From positions 1-64,000 of the IMG/VR virus record IMGVR_UViG_3300042154_001567: a DNA stretch of 64,000 nt; one strand, written 5' to 3'. This stretch comes from a virus. Each line of letters begins with the position of its first letter. Position 1 is the first letter of the stretch. Under the pieces are notes generated by a model that saw only the letters and a list, made by a program, of their open reading frames with translations, was not told where the DNA came from and ran no database searches. A program made the translations under genes and the position numbers. Shown piece by piece: positions 38,401 through 47,812 of this stretch.

Positions 38401-39846
38401 ACAGGCGAAGGTTTAGTAGTAAGAGGTGGTTCAACTGCTTCACATACTTCTTTTGCAGTTCAACCTTATGATGGTTCAGTTGCTTTATTTAGTGTTGTAG
38501 CTTCAGGTGCAGCAACTTTTTCTTCTTCGGTAACGGCTACAAACTTTATAGGAGCAGGTACAGGATTAACAGGGACAGCATCTAGTTTAAGTATTGGGGG
38601 TAACGCTACTACTGCAACAAACATATCTAATACAGGTACTGTAACTCTTGCAACTGCAACTGAAGCAAATAGTATTTATATTACACAACCTTCATATACA
38701 ACTGACACTCCTGTAAAATTATTAAACTTTGCTTGGTATAGTGATGTATGGCAAATGGGTAATATTAGAAGTGGGGGTGTTGCTTCAAATGGATTTGGAA
38801 TATATTTATCTGGTTCTGAAAAAATACGCATTGCTACTTCAGGTAATTTACTAATTGGCACAACAACAGATTCAGGCTACAAATTAGATGTAAATGGTAG
38901 TGGTAGGTTTACTAATAGTGTTTATTCAGAAAGTGTAAACGCTTATGTTTTAAACCAAACAGGCAATATAACTGATACTAAAATATGGTCAATTCAAAAC
39001 TTGCCTTCAAGCGGACAATTAAGAATAAGAGCATTAAATGATAATCTTACAAGTGGTATAAACGCTATTGTAATTTCAAGAACAGATATATCAAGCGTAT
39101 CACTTGATTTTAATGGTGCAGCAACTTTTTCTTCTTCGGTAACTGCAGTAGGTGCATTATTTACTTCATCTACAGAAACAAGAGGTAATATAAGAACAAC
39201 ATTTACAAGCGATAATTCATATTATAGTTTATTTAGTAATGATGGAGCTTTAAATTTAGATACTTATGGAGTAGGTGGTTTTATGAACTTTAAAATATTA
39301 GGTTCAACTAAATTTACAATAGCTAATTCAGGTGCAGCAACATTTTCAAATAGTTTAACTACTACAAATGGATATATTTCTGCAAATTATAATGCAGGAG
39401 ATGTAATAATTTGGGGTGGTATAGCCCCTTACGCAAATGTATATGGAGCATTATCTTGGGATGTTGATAAAGCGATTGTTAAAGGAAGAGGTGGTTATGC
39501 ATTAGGACTATATGTAGATAATAATGTTTCTAAGGGGATTACTATTGCTACTTCAGGTGCAGCAACTTTTTCTTCTTCGGTAACGGCAGGTTCATTTATA
39601 AAATCAGGTGGTACAGCCGCTCAATTTTTAAAGGCGGATGGTAGTATTGATTCAAATACCTATGCAACAACATCGGCATTAGCTGCTTACTTATCATTAT
39701 CAGGTGGCACAATTACAGGCGATTTAACGGTAAATAACAAGGTTTATGTAGGAACACATGGTTGCTACTTTGAAGAGGTTTTAATAGGCTCTACATACGA
39801 ATTAAGGGTAGTAGATTCAGCAGGTAACATGACGGTATTATCATAA
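35488..39846 (+). CDS. Long tail fibre protein 2
   Basis: 1452 aa; same repeat family. Confidence 0.85.
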   Translation: MSVKISSLNTASTISSGDDINIAGNNPLYFSDWGGGWFMQDSAWIRSYNSKSLWIGAGVIGGDGGLTIGYGGTSYGTNNAIIAGLVGIGTTSPSAKLHIGESGAAAQLWLQRTDGYNPIKLIGGTLSDGNGFKITMNTTDAFAITSTGNVGIGTTSPLAKLDVETSAAGYAAIIKNTSAGGDYLKMIGDSGNTVFEFGSGGTGGEGFVNIYSDAVQKILFDANGASYFNAGNVGIGTTSPNSNLTVSGTTSLFNGASTAGAVEAGHSEIITTGFNIDAGASLDISNINVTLNKWKVIIKGGFANNYEGAGLISSSLEIEVDSNSPTIDIGSTDLTFSRNSSTGKLQVTNTNSSGFRVGFVGTIQIINYPISILPTTSKIILGKVGIGTTTPATKLQVVGGYISTKDNAAYGGAFMEGDNGVVHFGSLGTDNVSLYSSGTRLFINGTTGNIGIGTTNPSAKLQTVSSGLGDGGGIRITNTGAGGDDYRIWPTATVNGEGAGKLIFSNNGGNVLTLTSGGNVGIGTTSPSAPLTVAGTTDLAWAASTSKLQISRNSTVARLQNYENGSASTNLALQWEGGNVGIGTTSPNRTLSVNGIIGVASGTANTQQLVFNIDSGASYITSSYFGSSSYVPMYFETGGAVRLAIQTNGNIGIGTTTDAGYKLDVNGSGRFSSILTISTAISINPADYVNNVVIGNVGDSAWRAKGIGGSAAANHNWTIAHNGSNLYFGISNGVTASLVSWLVVSPSGAVEFNSLAGTGSRMVVADASGVLSTQTIPTGTVTGTGTTNYLPKFTGASALGDSQIFDNGSGVTINGTTVGEKFNVNGYIGLQNAGVQKWHFGANASNALVFSRSGVADRMVLDSDGNVGIGTTTPNRKLTIEGTSNAYMSFNATSNRNTTIGSDGVGNFVVFDDTFGDYRMAIFSDGNLAINRSTNAGYKLDVNGTARVQGQLSVNHSLSSNYGAVIYNTSATGEGLVVRGGSTASHTSFAVQPYDGSVALFSVVASGAATFSSSVTATNFIGAGTGLTGTASSLSIGGNATTATNISNTGTVTLATATEANSIYITQPSYTTDTPVKLLNFAWYSDVWQMGNIRSGGVASNGFGIYLSGSEKIRIATSGNLLIGTTTDSGYKLDVNGSGRFTNSVYSESVNAYVLNQTGNITDTKIWSIQNLPSSGQLRIRALNDNLTSGINAIVISRTDISSVSLDFNGAATFSSSVTAVGALFTSSTETRGNIRTTFTSDNSYYSLFSNDGALNLDTYGVGGFMNFKILGSTKFTIANSGAATFSNSLTTTNGYISANYNAGDVIIWGGIAPYANVYGALSWDVDKAIVKGRGGYALGLYVDNNVSKGITIATSGAATFSSSVTAGSFIKSGGTAAQFLKADGSIDSNTYATTSALAAYLSLSGGTITGDLTVNNKVYVGTHGCYFEEVLIGSTYELRVVDSAGNMTVLS

Positions 39847-40328
39847 TGGGATTATCAACGACATATAAATTAAATACCGAAAGGCAGACTTGGGAGGACA
39901 ATAATGTCACCGAAGATGCTGACCATAATGTAGGCACATTTTTTGTATCAAAATATAATAATCAATCAGGGCAATACCCAATGACTACCTTTAAGATAAT
40001 TGTTGCCTATAAGGACACAGCTAATAGCATTGTTGATGCGGAGTTATATGTAGTGGTTATAGATTTAAATACAACTATAGAGTTTTTACCTGAAGGGGAT
40101 ACTGTACAAAACTTTTTCCCTTTAACCGCACCTACAGATTGGACAAAATATGGGCATTTGATAGCTACACATATTTCTAATGTAGAAGATTTTTTCTCTA
40201 TTACATTGTCTTATAATACTACTACTGGAGAAGGGCACCTTTATGATGTTATTGTACATACGCCAAGATTAATAAGTGGTACAGCAACAATGATTGCAGA
40301 TGTTTATACTTATACATTGATACAATAA
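39846..40328 (+). CDS. Small beta-rich fibre-associated protein
   Basis: TAATG coupling to fibre 2. Confidence 0.65.
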   Translation: MGLSTTYKLNTERQTWEDNNVTEDADHNVGTFFVSKYNNQSGQYPMTTFKIIVAYKDTANSIVDAELYVVVIDLNTTIEFLPEGDTVQNFFPLTAPTDWTKYGHLIATHISNVEDFFSITLSYNTTTGEGHLYDVIVHTPRLISGTATMIADVYTYTLIQ

Positions 40329-40684
40329 TGGCTACAAAATTAATAAGATACGATGGGGTTAATGACCCACAACAGAATATAGTGACAATAGATTTATCAG
40401 CTATTACAAGTTCGAATTGTTTTACGATAGATATACTATATTCATGTAGAAATTTAACTAATTCAACTATGGAGGAAGCTGGATTATATAGATATATTAA
40501 TACCTATGCTAAATACGGATCAAGTAGTTATGCTGTTTTAGATGAGCGTTTAATTTTAGAGTTTTATTTGGGTACACTCCAATATAATATGACATCTAAT
40601 ATTTCGGGTAATACTTTATATTTAGATTTATCAAGCACCAACACAGATTCAACTGTTTTATTTGACTGTAAATTAGAATATTAA
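40328..40684 (+). CDS. Small beta-rich fibre-associated protein
   Basis: TAATG coupling. Confidence 0.65.
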   Translation: MATKLIRYDGVNDPQQNIVTIDLSAITSSNCFTIDILYSCRNLTNSTMEEAGLYRYINTYAKYGSSSYAVLDERLILEFYLGTLQYNMTSNISGNTLYLDLSSTNTDSTVLFDCKLEY

Positions 40685-41070
40685 TGTATACCTACAGAAA
40701 GAAAATACAATTATCTCATTCAGCTACAGCAAGTGGCTTTAGCGATATTAATGTATTAAGTTTATCAGGATTTGGCACAAATAAAATAGCAGATGTTGAG
40801 GTAAAGGTAACTGCATATGATGTAGCTAACGCAAAATCTTCTATAGTATATTATAGAAATGTTGAAGTTATAGACTCAGCTGCTGCCCCCTCGTACTATA
40901 ATTCTAATGATTCTTCATTTTTTTATAGGGAGGATACTTCAACAGCCGCCTATGTTTATGATGTTGCATACAACCAAACTACTTCAAATATTGTTATTAG
41001 GGCTTCTAATCCAACCGCTACTACCTTAAATACTATTTGTATAATAGACTATAAAATCAATTTTTATTAA
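40684..41070 (+). CDS. Small beta-rich fibre-associated protein
   Basis: TAATG coupling. Confidence 0.65.
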   Translation: MYTYRKKIQLSHSATASGFSDINVLSLSGFGTNKIADVEVKVTAYDVANAKSSIVYYRNVEVIDSAAAPSYYNSNDSSFFYREDTSTAAYVYDVAYNQTTSNIVIRASNPTATTLNTICIIDYKINFY

Positions 41071-41135
41071 AAAAAATACTTATATTTGCTTAAATTAGAA
41101 AAATAAATACTTACCTTTACTTAAATTAAAAAAAA

Positions 41136-41414
41136 ATGGAAACAACACCTATGACAAATGGCTTAAAGCCTATCGAACCAGTAGTAGTACCCACATTAGG
41201 AACAGCTACTCAATTGTATGTACAAGCTAATAGCTTCTCAGCTTCAGCTGTAAATTGTACTTTATACTATTACTTAGCTGATGCTAATGGTATGCAATTA
41301 TTACAAGGAAATGTGCAAATGACTGACGAGCAATTCGCAACATGGGGTACTGATAACTCAGTATTGTATGAAATTGTTGCTGATGAAAAAGGCTTAGTTC
41401 TTATTGAAGAATAA
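41136..41414 (+). CDS. Small fibre-associated protein (chaperone/cap candidate)
   Basis: 92 aa; position after the fibre genes. Confidence 0.65.
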   Translation: METTPMTNGLKPIEPVVVPTLGTATQLYVQANSFSASAVNCTLYYYLADANGMQLLQGNVQMTDEQFATWGTDNSVLYEIVADEKGLVLIEE

Positions 41415-41431
41415 TTTAAATTTAAATCTAT

Positions 41432-41890
41432 ATGAATCAAAAGAAAAAAGCTACACTAAAGCTATCTCAAATCATGTCTTTAGAGGCAGAGATAGGCGGT
41501 TTACAAAACCAACAAACAGGTGAATCAATTTTAAAAGGCTTATTAAGTCATAAAATGCCAATGATTGCCAAGTTTAAATTAAAAATGTTACTTAACTCTT
41601 TGTCAACTATTAAGAAGGCAAATGATGAGTTAAGGGAAGAGTTGATTAAAGAGTATGGTACGGAAGGTGAGAACGGTTCTATTTCAATCCCCATGTATGT
41701 AGATGCAGAGGCAGAAGTAAAAGAGTTTAACCCTAAGTACGTTGAGTTCGCTAACAAAATGGAAGAGCTATTAGCTAAAGAAATTGAGTTTGAATTTGAA
41801 GAAATTTCTATGGAAGAGTTGAAAGACCTAGATACTGAGGAGTCATATCCTGCGTTCATGGACTTGCTTATCTTAGTAATGGAAAAGTAA
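41432..41890 (+). CDS. Acidic helical protein (fibre chaperone candidate)
   Basis: R.ELIKEYG...F...MEELL..E pattern. Confidence 0.65.
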   Translation: MNQKKKATLKLSQIMSLEAEIGGLQNQQTGESILKGLLSHKMPMIAKFKLKMLLNSLSTIKKANDELREELIKEYGTEGENGSISIPMYVDAEAEVKEFNPKYVEFANKMEELLAKEIEFEFEEISMEELKDLDTEESYPAFMDLLILVMEK

Positions 41891-41912
41891 TAGCACATTC
41901 TCTACCCAAATT

Positions 41913-41941
41913 AAGCCACGCAGAAATGTGTGGCTTTTTTT
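41913..41941 (+). terminator. Intrinsic terminator
   Basis: AAGCCACGCA gaaa TGTGTGGCTT followed by a T run. Confidence 0.85.
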
Positions 41942-42017
41942 ATTATATTTGTAATATTAAATAATGACTATATAGAATTAAAGAAGGTAAATTTTAATTT
42001 AAATAAAAAATAAAGTT

Positions 42018-42536
42018 ATGAAAAAACCAATTGCTAAAATGTCTATTGCAAAAAAAGAGGTGGTCAAGAAGGTGGTCAAGGGGGTGGTCAAGCAAATTCC
42101 AATTGAAAAACCTATAATTAAAAAACCAATTAAAGCAAAACCAAATGCTAAAACTCTTAGTAAAGAAGTTAAGGTTATTACTAAAATTATTAAACCTTCA
42201 TTTAAAAAACCAATTGTACCAGAAATTATTTATAGTTGGGATTTAGAAAATATTGAAATTAACAACTCAACTAATGTTATTGTTCAAATAACCTATGAAT
42301 TTATTGGTACTTTAAATGATCAAAAATATGCATTAGCAGGAACGATTACTTTGCCAAAAGATGTAAATCCTAATAGTAAAGTAGAAACAGGTGATTATAG
42401 AAATTTATTAAAAGAGGAAATTATAGATTATATTATAAACAATGTATCAGAAAGACATATTGAAACAATGAAAGGTTTGATTATTCAAAATTTCAATGGA
42501 AGTAAAATAATTGATAAAACTTTTTGGAAATCCTAA
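42018..42536 (+). CDS. Protein with Lys/Pro-rich N-terminus and small fibre-associated domain
   Basis: KKP repeats, then YSWDL..IE.....VIV.I.Y domain. Confidence 0.65.
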   Translation: MKKPIAKMSIAKKEVVKKVVKGVVKQIPIEKPIIKKPIKAKPNAKTLSKEVKVITKIIKPSFKKPIVPEIIYSWDLENIEINNSTNVIVQITYEFIGTLNDQKYALAGTITLPKDVNPNSKVETGDYRNLLKEEIIDYIINNVSERHIETMKGLIIQNFNGSKIIDKTFWKS

Positions 42537-42577
42537 ATAAATTATATATTTGTAAACAATTTAATAAACCAATAAAA

Positions 42578-42862
42578 ATGGCAAAGACAAAGTTACCACA
42601 AGAAAAAACTGTTGAAGTTAAGAAACTTACAACAGAAGAATTAGAAAATCTAGTTAATGTTCAACAAAAGATTAATAACATTACTTTAAATTTAGGTAAT
42701 GCTGAATTGGCTAAACAAACAATGTTTGTTGAATATTCTAAAATTAAGGCTGAATGGGATGCTGTTGCAAAAACATTACAAGACAAATACGGTGATGTTA
42801 ATGTTAACCTATCTGATGGTACAATTGCACCAATAGATCCCTCTGCTAACCCATTAGGGTAA
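42578..42862 (+). CDS. Small coiled-coil protein
   Basis: ATG at 42578; L..KYG.VNVNL.DGTI C-terminus. Confidence 0.75.
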   Translation: MAKTKLPQEKTVEVKKLTTEELENLVNVQQKINNITLNLGNAELAKQTMFVEYSKIKAEWDAVAKTLQDKYGDVNVNLSDGTIAPIDPSANPLG

Positions 42863-42886
42863 ATTCTTTATTCATAAGTATTTTAT

Positions 42887-42933
42887 AAAAAATTTTATAA
42901 CTGAACTTTTCTTGTTTGGTTATAAAATTTTTT
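42887..42933 (+). terminator. 15-bp perfect inverted repeat / long hairpin abutting a promoter-like motif
   Basis: AAAAAATTTTATAAC-17 nt-GTTATAAAATTTTTT. Confidence 0.55.
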
Positions 42934-42991
42934 GTATATTATAATTGTATAGAGCACAATAAACTATCACATTATAGTAAATAAAATATTT

Positions 42992-45250
42992 ATGATACCA
43001 ACAAATTCAAGTAATACAACAAATGGATGTGATAGTATCTCATCTAATTGTGTCATTTGGCAAGGTCCAGATATTAGTTGTATAAACCTTTGTAATGGAG
43101 ATACAATAAGTGATGTAACAGCCAAATTAGCTACATTAGTATGTTCTTTAATTGAAGATGGGGTTGCTGCTAATCCAAACTTAACAGGTTTAGACTTATC
43201 ATGTCTTAATATTCCTGGTACAACGCCTACTACATTAGTTCCTGTTTTACAACAAATGGTTAATGCAATATGTGAGACAAATACACCAGCAGGACCTACT
43301 TCAATATATATTCAAGCAAACCTTCCTATGATGACTTTGCCTGCATGTTTAATCTATGATGATGCATCAGGTAATCCTGTAACACAATTACGTTTAGATA
43401 ACTTTACTGTTTTATTAGCAAACAAAATTTGTGATATACTTTCATCTATAGTACTTATTAATTCAACTTTAAGCAATTATAATACTAGATTATTAACATT
43501 AGAAGCATGTGTATTACCATGCTCAGGTGCTGTAGCAGAAACGCAAGTAGTTCCAACATGTATAATTAATGTTGGTCAATTAACAAATGTATCTGTTTTA
43601 TTACTTGCTTTAGAAGTAAGATATTGTGCATTAGAGACAGCAGTGGGTTTACCTGCTGCAATTAATGCTGCTATTAGTCAGGCTTGTATATTATCAACTA
43701 CAAGTACATTAGCTAATTCAGCTGTATCATATGGTTCAAAAACGGGTTGGAATAATACCCCTATTAATTTAGCACAAACAGTTCAAAACATGTGGATTGT
43801 ATTGTGTGATATGTATGAATCTGTTTCAAGTATCAAAACTAACTGTTGTCCTTCAGGTTGTGATAGTGTATCTTTTGGATATAATGTAATAAATGTATTA
43901 AGTGGTGAAGGTACAATAGCAGGTCTTAATTTTAATTTTCAAAATACAACAGGTAATGGATCTGTTATTCCAGTAGGATTTAATGATTGTGCGGGTAGTA
44001 CAGTTATAACTATTAGAGACATTAATAATGTTACTATTACTAGTACAGTAAGTGTTACAGCTTTACAAAATTCTGCATCAGGAGTTACTATTTCAGTACC
44101 GGGTTTAAATACTTATGGAGCATTAACTACAAGTGTGGCATTCTGTGTTACAAATGGTGGTGATACATGTAGTGATACAATAGTAAAATCAGTTACAGGA
44201 GTTATTCCTTGTCCATTACCAGTTATGAGTGCAATTACAACAACAGGAGCTACTGTTACATTTACAAATATGTTAGGTTCAACAGCAACCTATATTATAG
44301 ATATTCTTAATGCTTCAACAAATCTTGTTGTAAGTACATATACACAAAATAGTCCAGGTCCTACAGTAACACGTGCATTTACGGGGTTAGTTGCAGGAAC
44401 ACAATATAAAACAAGAATAACAGTTCAAATTGGTGGTCAAACACAAGTTTGTACTAATACAGTAACATTTACAACTACAAGTGCAGCTGTTCCATGTAGT
44501 AATGGATTAGATGTAGTGTTTGTAGTAGATTATACAGGAAGTATGAGTGAGGTTATTACCGAAATTAAAACAGGTATACCATCTACTATAAGTGTAATAC
44601 AGTCAGCATCTGGAAGTAATGATTATAGATTAGGTTTAGTTTTAGCTGATGAAGGAAATGATAATACACCAACTTATGCTACATCAACAGATTATCTTGC
44701 ATTACCAAGTAACCAAAGAGTTATAAACACAGGTGTTGGTAGTAAATGGCAGTATATTACTGCGGTAGAAAAAATGGCTACAAATAATAGTACATCATTT
44801 ACAACTCAATTAAATAAAGTTTATAATGGTACAAATGGTGTTGGTGGTCCTCCACCTACATATTGGCCAATAGGTGAGGGTGGTGGTGCACCAGAGCCAG
44901 TAGATATGGCTATTGGTTTTGTTGTAGAATCAAATGCATTTGCCGGTTCATTTAGATCAGGTGTTGCTAAATATGTAATAATTTATACAGATCAGTATCC
45001 TAGTGGAGATGATGATATTTTCAATGCTACAGATATAACAAGATTAGCTTCATTAGCACAAACTTGTTTAACTCAAGGTATTAAGTGTTTTGTATTAGGA
45101 GGCGGTGTATCATTACCATATACACCACCAGGTGGAACAGTAACATATCCTTGGCAAAATTTTGCTGTAGCTACAGGTGGTTATTATAATACATCTTATA
45201 CAACAGCAGCTGTAAATGCATTGATTACTAATGGTTGTGCTTTAAGTTAA
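42992..45250 (+). CDS. Cys-rich structural protein with FN3 and vWA domains
   Basis: FN3: FTGLVAGTQY. vWA: LDVVFVVDYTGSM, GGG.PE, IIYTD. Confidence 0.8.
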   Translation: MIPTNSSNTTNGCDSISSNCVIWQGPDISCINLCNGDTISDVTAKLATLVCSLIEDGVAANPNLTGLDLSCLNIPGTTPTTLVPVLQQMVNAICETNTPAGPTSIYIQANLPMMTLPACLIYDDASGNPVTQLRLDNFTVLLANKICDILSSIVLINSTLSNYNTRLLTLEACVLPCSGAVAETQVVPTCIINVGQLTNVSVLLLALEVRYCALETAVGLPAAINAAISQACILSTTSTLANSAVSYGSKTGWNNTPINLAQTVQNMWIVLCDMYESVSSIKTNCCPSGCDSVSFGYNVINVLSGEGTIAGLNFNFQNTTGNGSVIPVGFNDCAGSTVITIRDINNVTITSTVSVTALQNSASGVTISVPGLNTYGALTTSVAFCVTNGGDTCSDTIVKSVTGVIPCPLPVMSAITTTGATVTFTNMLGSTATYIIDILNASTNLVVSTYTQNSPGPTVTRAFTGLVAGTQYKTRITVQIGGQTQVCTNTVTFTTTSAAVPCSNGLDVVFVVDYTGSMSEVITEIKTGIPSTISVIQSASGSNDYRLGLVLADEGNDNTPTYATSTDYLALPSNQRVINTGVGSKWQYITAVEKMATNNSTSFTTQLNKVYNGTNGVGGPPPTYWPIGEGGGAPEPVDMAIGFVVESNAFAGSFRSGVAKYVIIYTDQYPSGDDDIFNATDITRLASLAQTCLTQGIKCFVLGGGVSLPYTPPGGTVTYPWQNFAVATGGYYNTSYTTAAVNALITNGCALS

Positions 45251-45268
45251 TTTAAATAAAATATAAAG

Positions 45269-45829
45269 ATGGCATGTAATTGTTCAAAATGTAGTAGTAA
45301 TTGTGGTTGTGCTGATACAGCATTAACAAGTCCATGTACATATACTGACTGTAGTGTTGGTAGTGAAAGATGTGATGATATACAATGTGCAGAATGTGTT
45401 AGTTATTGTGGAACCTCTTTTCAAATAGGTTCTGCAGGGTCATTATTACAAATAGCTAAAGGTGAAAGACTTGATTCTATTATTCAAAAATTTGCTATGA
45501 TAGTATCTAATGGTTTAGGAGCATGTACATCTAATGATTTACCACATGATCCATTCAATGTATATGCGGGTGTTATTACAAGTAACAGTGTATCAGTATT
45601 ATGGAATGGTACTTGGAGTGGAAGCACTGGAGTAAACATTTATTATAATACTCAGATAGCTCCTACTACGTGGGTTTTAGCTAATCCTGTACCAATTGTG
45701 CCAACCATATTTAACTTTACAATAACAAACCTTTTGTCTACTACAGCATATAAAGTAAAAGTGGTAAATGTGGGTAACTCATCATCATGTAAACCAATTG
45801 AAATACTATTTTCTACACTAGCAGTATAA
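45269..45829 (+). CDS. Cys-rich protein with FN3 domain
   Basis: 11 Cys in the first 47 aa; ITSNSVSVLW...ITNL...TAYKVKV. Confidence 0.75.
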   Translation: MACNCSKCSSNCGCADTALTSPCTYTDCSVGSERCDDIQCAECVSYCGTSFQIGSAGSLLQIAKGERLDSIIQKFAMIVSNGLGACTSNDLPHDPFNVYAGVITSNSVSVLWNGTWSGSTGVNIYYNTQIAPTTWVLANPVPIVPTIFNFTITNLLSTTAYKVKVVNVGNSSSCKPIEILFSTLAV

Positions 45830-45883
45830 CATTAAAAAACAACAATAGTGGCGGTTTGTTGGTTTTCTGTCACAGGCGTTGCA

Positions 45884-45915
45884 AGAGGCTGGGGAAACCC
45901 AGTCTCTTTTTTTTT
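45884..45915 (+). terminator. Intrinsic terminator
   Basis: AGAGGCTGGG gaaa CCCAGTCTCT followed by a T run. Confidence 0.88.
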
Positions 45916-45976
45916 AAATTAATCTTTAATATTAAAAAAAAAATTTACATTTACACAATTAATTTAAAAATGTTCT

Positions 45977-47182
45977 ATGAGTTATTTAAAAAATAAAATA
46001 CTTGAGTCATTAAAATGGAAAAAATCACCAGCTTATTGTGCTTCAAAACTAGGAATATCAGAAGAAGAATACATTAAAATTAAAGATCAGATTCTGAGTA
46101 AATTTAAAAAAGTATATAAAAAACAAGATTCTAAAATAAGTGAGTCTGTAGATTTAGAAAAGGGTGAATCAACAATTTCAGGTTCTTTTGCATATGAACC
46201 AAAATCAGCAGAAGAGATAATTAAACTTTTAAAAATTGATACAAAAGTTTGGAAGTTATCACAATATTGGAATAAACAAATGGGAGACCATTGGAGAGTT
46301 TCAGCTTTAATAACTAAAATTAAAGAAAATACAAAAGAAGATTTATTAATAAATTTATTAAACAATTGGAAACCAAAGGTTTATAAAATAGATACTATAA
46401 AAAAACCCTATGACTCTAATAAAGCAGATGTATGCGGGGTAATATCTTTACAGGATATTCATTTTGGAAAACAAGGAAATGAAACCATTGATAAAGATTT
46501 TGAAAATACAATAAAAAACTTATTAAACAAAGGTACTGCATCACATAATATTAAAGTATTGTACTTTGTGGTTGGTGGTGACTTAATCAATATGGATACC
46601 TTTAATGGTTCAACAACAAGTGGAACACCTCTTGATAACTGTATGTCTGCAACGGATGCTTATATGCAGGCTTTTGATGCAATGCATTGGGCTATAAATT
46701 ATATAAAACAATATTGTGAAGAACTTGTAGTGGTATATGTTCCGGGTAATCATGATAGATTATCCTCTCATCATTTGGTGCATGCCCTATCTAAATCTAT
46801 TTATAATGATGGAGATATAGAATGGGATATAAAGTATGAAGAAAGAAAAGTGCATGTATGGCATAATAATTTTAATGCATTTGAGCATGGTGATAAATCA
46901 AGTAAAAACAATCCTTTAATATATGCATCAGAATACCCAAAAGAGTGGGGTAGCACAACGAATAGGACTCTATATAAGGGTCACATCCATACTGACAGAA
47001 AAGTAGAATACATGACATCTAATGAGACGGCAGGATTTATAGAGAAGACACTTCCTAGTTTAGGTAAAACAGACTATTATCACTATAGCAATAAATATAC
47101 TGGCAATAGAAGATCAGGTAAATTAGAATTACAAGATCCAATTCTAGGCATCATATGTGAATTAACTCATCAATCAGTATAA
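45977..47182 (+). CDS. HTH plus calcineurin-like metallophosphoesterase
   Basis: DIHFG, GGD, PGNHD, EHGD and GHIH motifs. Confidence 0.88.
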   Translation: MSYLKNKILESLKWKKSPAYCASKLGISEEEYIKIKDQILSKFKKVYKKQDSKISESVDLEKGESTISGSFAYEPKSAEEIIKLLKIDTKVWKLSQYWNKQMGDHWRVSALITKIKENTKEDLLINLLNNWKPKVYKIDTIKKPYDSNKADVCGVISLQDIHFGKQGNETIDKDFENTIKNLLNKGTASHNIKVLYFVVGGDLINMDTFNGSTTSGTPLDNCMSATDAYMQAFDAMHWAINYIKQYCEELVVVYVPGNHDRLSSHHLVHALSKSIYNDGDIEWDIKYEERKVHVWHNNFNAFEHGDKSSKNNPLIYASEYPKEWGSTTNRTLYKGHIHTDRKVEYMTSNETAGFIEKTLPSLGKTDYYHYSNKYTGNRRSGKLELQDPILGIICELTHQSV

Positions 47183-47240
47183 AGAAGCAACTTAAATTTC
47201 ATTAAGTGGTCTTTTTTTTGTAAATTATAAATATAAGTGT

Positions 47241-47807
47241 ATGATAAACAATTTTAGAAAACCAGATTTAAAGGCACCAAGATATAGAGAAAAAAGATTA
47301 GGTTTATTAAATGAAGAAACCATAAAGGAATTTAAAGAAAAAAACCCTTTATATTATAGTATAGATAACAATAAGTTAAAGAAAATAATAAAGCTTTATA
47401 ATACAAACTTATGGGAAGCAGTAATTAAAAATAGAGATGGTGTAGAGTTACCTGACTCATTAGGATATTTGTTTATTGGCACATGTCCTTCTTCTAAAAC
47501 GGTAAATACAAACTATGCACTATCTCAACAATACGGTAAAGTTTTGCAAAACAAAAATTGGGAAACTGATGGTAACTTGGGTAAAATATTTTATACTAAC
47601 TGGTCAACAAAATATAGATTTAAAAATAGAGAGTTATGGAGATTTGTAGCTTGTAGAGAATTTAAAAGATCAGTAGCTAAAACATATCCAGAAAGCTGGA
47701 CTAAATATGTTGTAATGAAAAACAAATATAGAGTGGCTCATTTATATGATATGAATACAGAAGAAACCAAAAAAGAATTAGAGTTTTATAATGAATTTGA
47801 AACATAA
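47241..47807 (+). CDS. HU/IHF-like protein of the tail block
   Basis: II......WEAVI....GVELP..LG.L.I; syntenic with crAss-like IHF genes. Confidence 0.6.
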   Translation: MINNFRKPDLKAPRYREKRLGLLNEETIKEFKEKNPLYYSIDNNKLKKIIKLYNTNLWEAVIKNRDGVELPDSLGYLFIGTCPSSKTVNTNYALSQQYGKVLQNKNWETDGNLGKIFYTNWSTKYRFKNRELWRFVACREFKRSVAKTYPESWTKYVVMKNKYRVAHLYDMNTEETKKELEFYNEFET

Positions 47808-47812
47808 ACATA

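Noticed and set aside
30063-41070. Diversity-generating retroelement target/template pair
   Set aside because: The repeats differ at synonymous positions of all bases rather than only adenines, and there is no reverse transcriptase in the window.
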